A stretch of DNA of 64,000 nucleotides from an uncultured Actinomycetota bacterium (GTDB lineage Bacteria; Actinomycetota; Geothermincolia; Geothermincolales; RBG-13-55-18). Both the position numbers and the translations under genes were made by a program. Below, in pieces: positions 37,663-46,250 of the stretch (its first letter is position 1; the number at the start of each line of letters is the position of its first letter). The notes under the pieces are model-generated. The model ran no database searches, had not been told where the DNA came from, and saw only the letters and a list, made by a program, of their open reading frames with translations. The DNA lies in the NCBI GenBank assembly GCA_964529285.1, contig CAZGWK010000014.1, positions 3,279 to 67,278 of the forward strand, given 5' to 3'.

Positions 37663-39201
37663 TCAGTCCTGGAGCGCTTCTCGCACCTGGCGGCGCAGCA
37701 CCTTGCCCAGGGCCGAAGTGGGGATGCTCTCCATGAACACAACCATTTTCGGGCACTTGTAACCGGCGATCTTCTCCCGGCACAAGGCGATCAGTTCCTC
37801 CTCTGTGGCCTCGGCATCCTGCCTCAAAGAGACGACGGCGGTCACCTCCTCGCCCCACTTCTCGCTCTTGAGGCCCACCACCGCAGCCGTCAGCACCGCG
37901 GGGTGCTCGTAGAGCACCTGCTCCACCTCGAAGGGATAGACGTTCTCGCCCCCGGTGATGATCATATCGTTCTTGCGGTCCACGATGTAGATGAACCCGT
38001 ACTCGTCCACCGTGGCCAGGTCGCCGGTGTGCAGCCAGCCGCCGCGCAGTGTCCGCGCGGTCAGTTCGGGGTCCTTCCAGTATCCGCGCATGACGTTCTT
38101 GCCGCGGATTACGATCTCCCCGATATCGCCCACTGGCACCTCATTATCCTCTTCGTCCACCACCCTCACCTCGGTGACCAGGGTCTCGCGCCCGCAGGAG
38201 TTGATGCGCCGCACCACTTCCGGCGGCCCCTCCAGCCGGCACTGGTCCTCTTCCAGCAGTATGGTGCCCAGGGGCGCGGCCTCGGTGAGGCCGTATCCCT
38301 GCTGGAAGATGGGGCCGAACCTGGCGATGCAGCGCCTGAGCACCTCCTCCGGCATGGGGGCGCCTGCGTAGGAGAAATACCTGATGCTGGAGAGGTCGTA
38401 TTTACCCGCGTCGGGGAAATCCAGGAGCCAGGAGAAGAGCACCGGCACCATGTTGATGTGGGTGACCTTCTCCCTCTCCGCCGTGGCCAGGATCTCGCTG
38501 AAGTCGAAGCGCCGGGCGATGACCGCCCTGCATCCTGCGAGGTGGTGGATGAGTATGGGCCACCAGGCGGTATGGAAGATGGGCAACACCTGCAGGGTGG
38601 TGTAGTGAGGCTCGAACGCCAGAGCCAGCCCCATACCGATGCCCGTGGTCAGGTAATTGCGGTTGGTGATCATCACCCCCTTGGGCAGGCCGGTGGTGCC
38701 GCCGGTGTACTGCAGGTGGCAGAGGTCGTCCTCAGAGACTTCCGCTTCGGGCTCGGCGTCTGACGCCCCCGCGAGCATATCCTCGTAGTCCATCCAGCCC
38801 TCCGCCTCCGCGTCGAAGACGATGTGATTGCGGACATTCTCAAGTTGGGAAAGGATCTGTTTCGCCATCTCGAGGGTGTTGTGGTCCACGACGAGCACCT
38901 CGGCGTCGGAGTGGTTGATGATGTAAACAAGCTCCTCAGGCGCCAGCCGGAAGTTCAGGGGGACGGCCACGGCCCCCAGCTTGGAGGTGGCGTAATATAT
39001 CTCCACCAGGCGGTGGCAGTTGAGGGCCAGGGTGGCCACCTTGGTGCCCTTCTTCGCGCCAAGATCCCTGAGGGCGTTGGCAAGGCGGTTCACCCTCTCG
39101 TTGAGCTGCTTCCAGGTCAGCCTGACGTCGTCGCAGACCACGCACTCCTTGTCCGGGTCGAGGCGGGCATGTTTTCTGGGGATATCGCCCAAGGTAAGCA
39201 T
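37663..39201 (-). CDS. AMP-dependent acyl-CoA synthetase
   Basis: YTGGTTGLPKGVMITNRN motif. Start chosen at MLTLGDIPRK with GGAGGGAAGGAG upstream; the track ORF extends to 39369. Confidence 0.9.
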   Translation of the reverse strand: MLTLGDIPRKHARLDPDKECVVCDDVRLTWKQLNERVNRLANALRDLGAKKGTKVATLALNCHRLVEIYYATSKLGAVAVPLNFRLAPEELVYIINHSDAEVLVVDHNTLEMAKQILSQLENVRNHIVFDAEAEGWMDYEDMLAGASDAEPEAEVSEDDLCHLQYTGGTTGLPKGVMITNRNYLTTGIGMGLALAFEPHYTTLQVLPIFHTAWWPILIHHLAGCRAVIARRFDFSEILATAEREKVTHINMVPVLFSWLLDFPDAGKYDLSSIRYFSYAGAPMPEEVLRRCIARFGPIFQQGYGLTEAAPLGTILLEEDQCRLEGPPEVVRRINSCGRETLVTEVRVVDEEDNEVPVGDIGEIVIRGKNVMRGYWKDPELTARTLRGGWLHTGDLATVDEYGFIYIVDRKNDMIITGGENVYPFEVEQVLYEHPAVLTAAVVGLKSEKWGEEVTAVVSLRQDAEATEEELIALCREKIAGYKCPKMVVFMESIPTSALGKVLRRQVREALQD

Positions 39202-39233
39202 CTCTTCTCTCCTTCCCTCCGTATGATACCTGT

Positions 39234-40619
39234 CTATATCAACGGCAGACCTTCCGCCTTGGCCATGAACTTCTCCACCTTGCCTTTGACCGCCGGGGCG
39301 TTCACGCGCCATAACTCGGGTATGTAGCGCTCGAAGCCAGCGGTGGGATTGACGCTGCAGCGCAGCCACTTATGCTCGAAGAGGTTCATCAGGCAGGTGT
39401 TGCAGCGTGTGCACTTCACGATGTCCTGCACCCGTCCCGCCTTCACTTTGGCTGGCCAGAACGGGTCGGCGATGGCCTGGCGCCCCAGCATCACAAGGTC
39501 GGTAACACCGTCCTTAAGCGCCTTCGCGGCTGCACGCGGGGTCTTGAAGGTGGGCGTCATCACCGGCAGGCCGGAGGCCTCCTTGAATCCGGGAGCGTAC
39601 TTGAGCATCTCCCCCTCGCCGTCCGGCTCGAAGGCCGCCGGGTTCTCGTAGCATCCCTGGGAGATACTCACGTAGGTGAGGCCCTCCCGCGCGGCCATGG
39701 CCACGAACTGCTTCATCTCCTCGTTACCGGCGCCATCGGGCATGAGCTCGTCGCCGGAGAAGCGCGCTCCCAGCACGCGGTCGGGCCCGATGCGCGCCCG
39801 TATCTTGCGGATTATATTGAGAAGGAAACGGGCGCGGTTCTCCACGCTGCCGCCGTATGCGTCGGTCCTCTTGTTGGAGCGGCCCGAGAGGAACTCGTGG
39901 ATGAGGTAACCGTGGGGGCTGTGCAACTCCACGCCGTCGAAGCCGTAGCGAAGAGCTTCCGCGCTAATCTCCGCCATCTTCTCCTCCATGAATACGATCT
40001 CGTCTATAGACAGCTCGCGCGGCACCTCGCCCTTCCACACCTTGAGCAGGGAAGGGTCCTCGTTTATAAGCACCTGCTCCAGCACCTTCTCCAGCTCCGC
40101 GTATTGCTCGTCATCCATGGCGCGTATGGTATCCAGCCCTCCCAGGTCCTTGACCAGCTTGGGCGCCAGGCGCTTCAGTTGTTTCTCCCAACCCTTGTTA
40201 AGGTTGCGCAGGTCGATGCGCATGGGTATGGGGGACGGCGCTCCGGCGGCCAGGTGGGGAGCGGCCGCGGAAGCATGGCCCTGGCGGCCGAATCCCGGTG
40301 AGAGCTGTATGAAGACCTTGGCCCCGAAGGCGTGTATGTTGTCGGCCATCTCGCCCAGCCTGCGCCCGTACCTCTCGTCGCTGAAGAGATGGGTGTTGAG
40401 GTGGTCCGACCCCCGCCAGGTGTAAGGGTTGACCACGGTGGCGTCGGTGACGATAAGCCCGAAGCCCCCCTTGGCGCGGGCGGCGTACCAGGCCAGCCAT
40501 TGTTCGGAGTTGTAGCCGTCCGCGTCGCAATAGACCATGTTCATGGGGGCCATGACCACGCGGTTCTTCAGCTTCACGTCCCCGATCTTGAACGGCTCGA
40601 AAAGTATGTCGTAATCCAT
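39234..40619 (-). CDS. OYE/FadH-like FMN-[4Fe-4S] oxidoreductase lacking the FAD/NAD(P)H domain (paralog 2, 461 aa)
   Basis: LKNRVVMAPMN, HSPHGYLIHEFLSGRSNKRTDAYGGS, and CTRCNTC...C..NP near the C-terminus. Confidence 0.85.
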   Translation of the reverse strand: MDYDILFEPFKIGDVKLKNRVVMAPMNMVYCDADGYNSEQWLAWYAARAKGGFGLIVTDATVVNPYTWRGSDHLNTHLFSDERYGRRLGEMADNIHAFGAKVFIQLSPGFGRQGHASAAAPHLAAGAPSPIPMRIDLRNLNKGWEKQLKRLAPKLVKDLGGLDTIRAMDDEQYAELEKVLEQVLINEDPSLLKVWKGEVPRELSIDEIVFMEEKMAEISAEALRYGFDGVELHSPHGYLIHEFLSGRSNKRTDAYGGSVENRARFLLNIIRKIRARIGPDRVLGARFSGDELMPDGAGNEEMKQFVAMAAREGLTYVSISQGCYENPAAFEPDGEGEMLKYAPGFKEASGLPVMTPTFKTPRAAAKALKDGVTDLVMLGRQAIADPFWPAKVKAGRVQDIVKCTRCNTCLMNLFEHKWLRCSVNPTAGFERYIPELWRVNAPAVKGKVEKFMAKAEGLPLI

Positions 40620-40765
40620 CTTTCCCCCTTGTACGTTACTGCGGGTGAGTCTCTACCCGCTACCTTCACCTGTACCGGCCTGTCCCGACGACCGTCCGCA
40701 CCGGAGAGATCTTCATGGAGCTCCCCACCCTCCGAACATCGCCGCTGCACCTCTTCCACATATCT

Positions 40766-40791
40766 TCAGACTTCAGAGATCAGACTTCAGA
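40766..40791 (-). repeat. 12-nt direct repeat x2 immediately 3' of the acyl-CoA dehydrogenase stop
   Basis: Plus strand TCAGACTTCAGA-GA-TCAGACTTCAGA (minus-strand transcript TCTGAAGTCTGA x2), at the edge of a 172-nt intra-operon spacer. Confidence 0.6.
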
Positions 40792-41955
40792 CTAGAAAGA
40801 CTTGGGTAGTCCGTAGCACTGCGCGATGAAATTCTTGCTCATCTCGTTGGACAGGGGGCTGAAGACCATCTGCTGCGAGTCGCGCCAGTAGCGCTGGATG
40901 TCCGCCTCCATGGTCACCCCGTAGCCGCCGAATATCTCCATGCCCACGGTGGCCGCGTCGAGGGCCATCTGGGAGGCGTAGAGGCCGGCCATGGTCGCCT
41001 CGATGTGGTAAGGCCTGCCGGTATCGGCCAGCCAGGCACATTTGTATACCAGGTTGCGTGCGTTCTCGATGCCTACCGCCATGTCCGCCAGGTAATGCTG
41101 GATGATCATGAACTGCCCGATGGGTTTGCCGAACGCCTCGCGCTGCTTGGCGTAGGCGAGACAGTCCTCGAAGATCTTTTCCGCCAGCCCCACCGATATC
41201 ATGGCCACGCCGATACGCTCGGGGTTGAGGGTGGAGAGCACGTCGTACCAGCCGTTGTTGAGCTGACCGAGCAGGTTGGTCTTGGGCACCCGCACGTTGT
41301 CGTAGAAGACCTCGCAGGAGCCGCAGCAGTGCGTGCTAACCTTGGGGATGGTGCGGATGTCTATGCCCGGGGCGTTCGCCGCTACCATGATGATAGAGAG
41401 CGCGTGCGAGCGCTTGGGGTTGTCGCGGTCTGTTATGGCCACCGTGGTCAGGTAGTCCGCCACGTGCGCCCCGGTGATGTAGATCTTCTGCCCGCTGATG
41501 ACGAAGTCGTCCCCGTCGGAGTCGGCGTAGGTGGATATCGCCCCCAGGATGTCGGTGCCCCCCGCGGGCTCGGTCAGCGCGAGGGAGAACCTGAGCTTGC
41601 CCTCGGCGATGCGGGGAAGGAACTCCCGCTTCTGTTCCTCGCTTCCCAGCTCCACTATGGGCCTGGTGCCGAAGCCGATGGTCGCCCCGACGCCGAGGGC
41701 GACCGCCGTCGAAGCCTTGGATATCTCCTCGAAGCCGACCATGGCGGTGACCATGTCGGCGCCGTCGCCGCCGTACTCCTCGGGGACCGACGCGGCGAAG
41801 AGCCCCATGGCTGCGGCCTTGTCCCACACCTCCTGGGGCATGAAGTCCAGTGTCTCCTCCCACTCGCGTATCTTCTCGCTGGTTATCTCCTTGGCGCAGA
41901 ACTCGCGCACCGCGGCGCGCATGAGTTCCTGCTCTTGGGTGAACGCAAAGTCCAT
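40792..41955 (-). CDS. Acyl-CoA dehydrogenase
   Basis: ACAD three-domain layout: ALTEPAGGTD, ...GQKIYITGA..., and C-terminal YWRDSQQMVFSPLSNEM. Confidence 0.9.
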   Translation of the reverse strand: MDFAFTQEQELMRAAVREFCAKEITSEKIREWEETLDFMPQEVWDKAAAMGLFAASVPEEYGGDGADMVTAMVGFEEISKASTAVALGVGATIGFGTRPIVELGSEEQKREFLPRIAEGKLRFSLALTEPAGGTDILGAISTYADSDGDDFVISGQKIYITGAHVADYLTTVAITDRDNPKRSHALSIIMVAANAPGIDIRTIPKVSTHCCGSCEVFYDNVRVPKTNLLGQLNNGWYDVLSTLNPERIGVAMISVGLAEKIFEDCLAYAKQREAFGKPIGQFMIIQHYLADMAVGIENARNLVYKCAWLADTGRPYHIEATMAGLYASQMALDAATVGMEIFGGYGVTMEADIQRYWRDSQQMVFSPLSNEMSKNFIAQCYGLPKSF

Positions 41956-41961
41956 ATGCGG

Positions 41962-42771
41962 CTATCCTCCTTGTTCCTGTTTCTTCATGGCCTCCAGGGC
42001 CTGCAGCGCCATGTTGCGCAGTGCGGTGGTGTGCTCGGAGTGGAAGAGCCAGGCGATGGCCTCGCGCTCGACGGCCATGGCCGCGTCCCAGGGCATGCCC
42101 TGGAAGGAATAGTTGAGCACCGCCTTGCCCATGCGCAGGGAGTCGGCGGGATTGGCGCACAGCACCGCCACCATCTCGTCCACCTTGGTGTCGAACTCAT
42201 CATCCGCATATACGCGCGTGAGCAACCCCATGTCGTAGAACTCGCTGGCGGTGTAGTCCTTGCGCCCGGTGAGGAGGATCTCGCGGCCGCGGAAGATGGG
42301 CAGGCACCTGGCCAGGCGCACCGTCCCGCCCCAGCCGGGCAGGATGCCCATGGTGACCTCGGTGACCCCGAACTTGGTCCTCTCGGATGCGTAGATGAGG
42401 TCGCAGGCCAGCGCCAGTTCCAGGCCTCCGGCAATACAGTGGCCCTTGACCTTGGCCACCACCACCTTCTCGCTCTCGGTGATGGCCCGCACGATGTCCT
42501 GCCCGGTCCGACCCATCCAGTCCATCACGGAATAATGGTTGAAGGTGGGCAGGACGGAAAGGTCGCCACCGGCGCAGAAGGACTTGCCGGCCCCGGTGAG
42601 AACGACTACTTTCACACCTTGCTCGTCCCGCGCGCTGGTGAGGGCTTCCAGCAGTTCCTCCGCCAGTTCCACGTTGATGGCGTTGCGCTGCTCGGGGCGG
42701 TTCATGGAGATGGTGCACACGGCATCCTCAGGACCGCTTATCTCGTAGAGGATCGTGTTGTAGTCAGTCAT
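41962..42771 (-). CDS. Enoyl-CoA hydratase/isomerase (crotonase) family protein
   Basis: NRPEQRNAI, VVVLTGAGKSFCAGGD and GHCIAGGLELALACD. Confidence 0.9.
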   Translation of the reverse strand: MTDYNTILYEISGPEDAVCTISMNRPEQRNAINVELAEELLEALTSARDEQGVKVVVLTGAGKSFCAGGDLSVLPTFNHYSVMDWMGRTGQDIVRAITESEKVVVAKVKGHCIAGGLELALACDLIYASERTKFGVTEVTMGILPGWGGTVRLARCLPIFRGREILLTGRKDYTASEFYDMGLLTRVYADDEFDTKVDEMVAVLCANPADSLRMGKAVLNYSFQGMPWDAAMAVEREAIAWLFHSEHTTALRNMALQALEAMKKQEQGG

Positions 42772-42797
42772 CTAGACCTCCTTCATACTTGAGCTAT

Positions 42798-42930
42798 GTA
42801 CACGTGCCAGGCCTGGACAAGTCGTGCCACAATAACGGGATTCGTCAGCGAGGCCGGACTTGTCCAGGCACTGGACACCACCGTGCCGCAGACGGCACGG
42901 TCGCTTGCGCGATGCATACTGTCGATCGTT
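42798..42930 (+). repeat. Structured intergenic repeat, copy C (inside the minus-strand operon)
   Basis: GTACACGTGCCAGGCCTGGACAAGTC...GACTTGTCCAGGCACTGGACACC, then hairpin CCGTGCCG-CAGA-CGGCACGG, then TCGCTTGCGCGATGCA ... CTGCAGAC. Collinear with copy B. Confidence 0.6.
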
Positions 42931-42941
42931 CCTGCAGACAC

Positions 42942-44261
42942 CTAGAAGTCTTCTTTCATCTCCGGGAGCTTGGGAGGAACGCGCATCTTGGTAACCGGCG
43001 TGGCCTTGATGGGCGGACGCCAGTACTCGGGCATGTACTTCTCCCGACCGGTGTTGGGGTTGCGTACACAGCGCACCGGCATACCGGCAGCCGTGCGCAT
43101 CAGGCACTCGTTGCAGCGTATGCAGCGGGTGATGTCTTCGACCCTGCCCTCCGCCACCTTGTTGCCCCATTCCGGGTCGGTGAACATCTGGCGCCCCAGG
43201 GATACGATGTCGCACTGTCCCGTGGCGATGGCCTTCTCGGCGAGCTCCGGATCGTGTACCGAGGGGCAGAACACCGGAACGGCCACTGCCTTCTTGAAAT
43301 TGGCCGATTCCTCGAGCATGGCCCCGTCTTCGTCGGGGAAGAAATACTTGAGCGCTTCGTAAGACCCGTCGGACAGGTGGATGTAATCGGCGCCCATGGC
43401 CGCCAGGGTGCGCGCAACCTCCAGCGCCTCCTCGTGGGTTATGCCGCCCTGCAGGTGCTCGTCCGCCGACATGCGCACCCCCAGGATGTAATCGTGCCCC
43501 ACCGATTCGCGCACCTTCAGGTAGACTTCCATCATGAAGCGCATGCGGTTCTCGAGGCTGCCGCCGTAGAGATCGGTCCGCCTGTTCGATATCGGCGAGA
43601 GGAACTGGTGCTCCAGGTAGCCGTGGGGCGCGTGCAGCTCGATACCGTCGAACTGGGCGGCCATCGCGAAGCGGCAGGAGTTTGCGAACTCGTCTTGCTC
43701 TGCCCGTATCTCGGCCACCGTCATCTCGTAGGGCATCTCGCCCATGGCACGCTCGATGAGCTGCGGGTGCGCTTCGAGCGCCTTTGCGAAGCCGCGGGGC
43801 ATGAGCTCGGGCCTGACCATCATGGGCACTATGGAGGGGGCGGGGGGATGCTCGCCTGCATGGGAGTGTCCCTGCCTGCCGAAGCCGATGGACATCTGCA
43901 CGAAGCAGGCCGAGCCGAAGGCATGGACCGTCTCCGCAACCTCGAAGAGCCCCGGCATGTGCGAGGTGTTGTAGCAGTGCAGGTTGGTGGTGTAGGGGTA
44001 GCGCGAGGCCAGCCGCGTGCCCAGCACGCACTCGGTGATGATCAGCCCGCACCCTCCCCTGGCGCGCGCCCCGTAGTAGGCGAGTATCTGCTCGTTGACG
44101 TAGCCGCGGTTGTCCAGAGAGAAGAGGGTGTTCATGGGGGCCAGGGCGATGCGGTTGCGTATCTCTACCCCCTTGATCTCCATGGGGGAGAGCAGGTGCT
44201 TGAAGTCACCTTTTCCCGATCCCTTCTTCGCAGGCTTCTTGGCCGCTTTTTTATCTGCCAT
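42942..44261 (-). CDS. OYE/FadH-like FMN-[4Fe-4S] oxidoreductase lacking the FAD/NAD(P)H domain (paralog 3, 440 aa)
   Basis: Start at MADKKAAKKPAKK with AGGAGG upstream; the track ORF extends to 44606. IRNRIALAPMN, HAPHGYLEHQFLSPISNRRTDLYGGS, CIRCNEC...C..NP. Confidence 0.85.
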   Translation of the reverse strand: MADKKAAKKPAKKGSGKGDFKHLLSPMEIKGVEIRNRIALAPMNTLFSLDNRGYVNEQILAYYGARARGGCGLIITECVLGTRLASRYPYTTNLHCYNTSHMPGLFEVAETVHAFGSACFVQMSIGFGRQGHSHAGEHPPAPSIVPMMVRPELMPRGFAKALEAHPQLIERAMGEMPYEMTVAEIRAEQDEFANSCRFAMAAQFDGIELHAPHGYLEHQFLSPISNRRTDLYGGSLENRMRFMMEVYLKVRESVGHDYILGVRMSADEHLQGGITHEEALEVARTLAAMGADYIHLSDGSYEALKYFFPDEDGAMLEESANFKKAVAVPVFCPSVHDPELAEKAIATGQCDIVSLGRQMFTDPEWGNKVAEGRVEDITRCIRCNECLMRTAAGMPVRCVRNPNTGREKYMPEYWRPPIKATPVTKMRVPPKLPEMKEDF

Positions 44262-44290
44262 CTGCTGATACCTCCTGGGATATGTGCCAC

Positions 44291-44764
44291 TTATTTCTTC
44301 ACCGGGCGCCACTTGGGCAGGGTGACCTCGCCTGTGACGTCGTCGAAGACCACCTCCAGCTTCATGCCGTTCTCGATCTTCTCGAAATCGTCGCACTCCA
44401 CGATGTTGGATATCATGCGCACGCCCTCCTCGAGGTCCACCATGCCCAGGACGTAGGGGAGGTCGGCCCAGAAGGGGAAGGGCACCCCGAAGTGATTTAT
44501 GGCGTAGGCGAAGAGGGTGCCCTTGCCGGAGGCCTCGATCCATTCGTGCTCGTCGGCGTGGCAGGCGGTGCAGTAGAGATAAGGGGGGTGGTCGATGTTG
44601 CCGCACTTAGAGCACTTCCTGAGCACGAGGCGGTGCTCCCGGGCAGCGTCCCAGAATGGCTGGGACCACTTGGTGGGTAGCGGAAGGGGCTTCTCGAGGT
44701 CCTCGTCCGTGAGGTTCATCATCGCCTTGATGGTCTCGATGTCGATGTGCTGTTTCTCGGCCAT
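44291..44764 (-). CDS. DUF35 Zn-ribbon/OB-fold protein (thiolase partner, BbsA/archaeal-thiolase-scaffold type)
   Basis: CSKCGNIDHPPYLYCTAC zinc ribbon followed by an OB-fold segment. It lies directly downstream of a thiolase gene. Confidence 0.85.
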   Translation of the reverse strand: MAEKQHIDIETIKAMMNLTDEDLEKPLPLPTKWSQPFWDAAREHRLVLRKCSKCGNIDHPPYLYCTACHADEHEWIEASGKGTLFAYAINHFGVPFPFWADLPYVLGMVDLEEGVRMISNIVECDDFEKIENGMKLEVVFDDVTGEVTLPKWRPVKK

Positions 44765-44782
44765 TGCTTTCCTCCTATCCCT

Positions 44783-45985
44783 CTAGCCGGGTATCTCGTT
44801 GCCCAGGACACTGAAGTGACAGTCCATAAAGGCCCCACCGCCGGTGTTCTCGATGAGGAACTTCGCGCCCTCCACCTGGGCCTTGCCCGCCTTGCCCTGC
44901 AGCTGCCGTACCGATTCCACCAGCAGGGCGATGCCTACCCCGGTGCCGGTATGTCCGAAGGACAGCGCCTCTCCGTTGGTGGTCACGGGGTACTTGCCCC
45001 CCGGAGATGTCTCGCCCGATTCCACCAGGGCTCCTGATGTCCCCGGCTCGCAGATGCCCAGGGCGTCCATGATGATCAGCTGGATGCAGGGATAGGAGCC
45101 GTAGACCTGGTATATGTCCATGTCATCGGGCCCCAGCCCCGCCCTCTCGTAGGCCATCCCGGCCGTGGGTTTGAGGTACTCGGCCATGGAGGCGAAATCC
45201 TTCATCTCAGCCCGGGTGATGGTGCGGTGGGAGTAATTGGATGCGTCTCCGAGTGTGTAGACGGGCTTGCTCGTAACCTTTCTCGCCTTCTCCGCCGTGG
45301 TCATCACGAAGGCGCTGCCTCCGTCCCCCAGCACGTTACACATCAGGGTGGTGAGGGGATAGGAGACCATGCGGGCGTTCACCACCTTGTCCACGGTGAT
45401 CTCCTTGTTGTTGAACATGGCGTTGGGCTGCAGCATGGCCCAGCGGCGGTTGGCCACGCACACCGAGGCCACCTGCTCGATGGTGGTGCCGGTGATGTTC
45501 ATGTAGGCCTGGGTGATCATAGCCGCCAGGGCGTTGTAGGTCATGCCGTAGGGTACTTCCCACTCCACGTCGGAGCCGGCGATGGAGAAATACCTGGCCT
45601 GCTCGTTGGGGGTGAACTGGCTGAACCTCTCCGCGTGGACCACCAGGACGGTGTCGGTCTCGCCGGAATGCAGGATGCCCTCGGCGGTCTTGCGCAGGGA
45701 GAAACTGGAGGCTCCTCCCGAGGAGGTCATGCAGGTTATCTTGCACCCCCTGGCTCCGATGGCCTCCGGCAGGCGCCCGAACACCATCTCCGTGTTGTAG
45801 TCGTTCTCCGGGTTGGACATGATGTGCTGCGCGCAGAGGATGGCGCCGATCTCGTCCTTGTCTATACCCGCGTCCCGGATGGCCTCCCGGGCCACGGTGT
45901 AGGCTATCTCGAACTCGGTGCGCTCCGGGTAGTTGCCGCAGGGCACCTCCCCGGTGCCGATGATGGCGAACTCGCCTCTGCTCAT
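44783..45985 (-). CDS. Thiolase-fold protein (SCP-x / BbsB-like thiolase)
   Basis: FAIIGTGEVPCG N-terminus, MTSSGGASS active-site Cys-loop region, and C-terminal GHTGTGVG and ENTGGG. Start chosen at MSRGE because GGGAAGGGAG lies 6 nt upstream; the track ORF starts at 46006. Confidence 0.85.
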   Translation of the reverse strand: MSRGEFAIIGTGEVPCGNYPERTEFEIAYTVAREAIRDAGIDKDEIGAILCAQHIMSNPENDYNTEMVFGRLPEAIGARGCKITCMTSSGGASSFSLRKTAEGILHSGETDTVLVVHAERFSQFTPNEQARYFSIAGSDVEWEVPYGMTYNALAAMITQAYMNITGTTIEQVASVCVANRRWAMLQPNAMFNNKEITVDKVVNARMVSYPLTTLMCNVLGDGGSAFVMTTAEKARKVTSKPVYTLGDASNYSHRTITRAEMKDFASMAEYLKPTAGMAYERAGLGPDDMDIYQVYGSYPCIQLIIMDALGICEPGTSGALVESGETSPGGKYPVTTNGEALSFGHTGTGVGIALLVESVRQLQGKAGKAQVEGAKFLIENTGGGAFMDCHFSVLGNEIPG

Positions 45986-46060
45986 GATCATCTCCCTTCC
46001 CTTCATGCCTCCGGTAGAGGTCCGGTGGCCTTGCCGTATAAGCGCTCATTAACGCTGATG

Positions 46061-46078
46061 GGAATGACTAGTCATTCC
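46061..46078. promoter_or_regulatory. Perfect 18-bp palindrome GGAATGACTAGTCATTCC (candidate operator)
   Basis: Perfect 9+9 inverted repeat in the divergent control region. It follows a TATGAT hexamer on the minus strand and shares GGAAYGA-N4-TCATTCC with 28692-28709. Confidence 0.55.
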
Positions 46079-46185
46079 TGAATCATAGTGACTGCTTAGT
46101 TATTGGGGCCTTGATTTATCCAGCGATGCGGCTATTATATTAGGAATAAAGGGGTTAATGCAAGAATTATCTTATGGTTTCGCTA

Positions 46186-46214
46186 TTGACACGTTGTTTA
46201 AATGACTTTACTAT
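46186..46214 (+). promoter_or_regulatory. Candidate sigma70-type promoter of the second regulator gene
   Basis: TTGACA-N17-TACTAT, 37 nt upstream of the ATG at 46251. Confidence 0.45.
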
Positions 46215-46250
46215 AACTTAACAGTAACTTAATAGTTGCAGGAGCAGGAA

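Noticed and set aside
42772-44052. ORF 42772-44052(-) (426 aa) and the N-terminal extensions of the track ORFs 42942-44606(-), 37663-39369(-) and 10090-11022(-).
   Set aside because: The extensions are Arg/Pro/His-rich, overlap neighbouring genes or repeats, and lack an RBS. Internal Met codons preceded by AGGAGG-type sites give N-termini that match the respective enzyme families.
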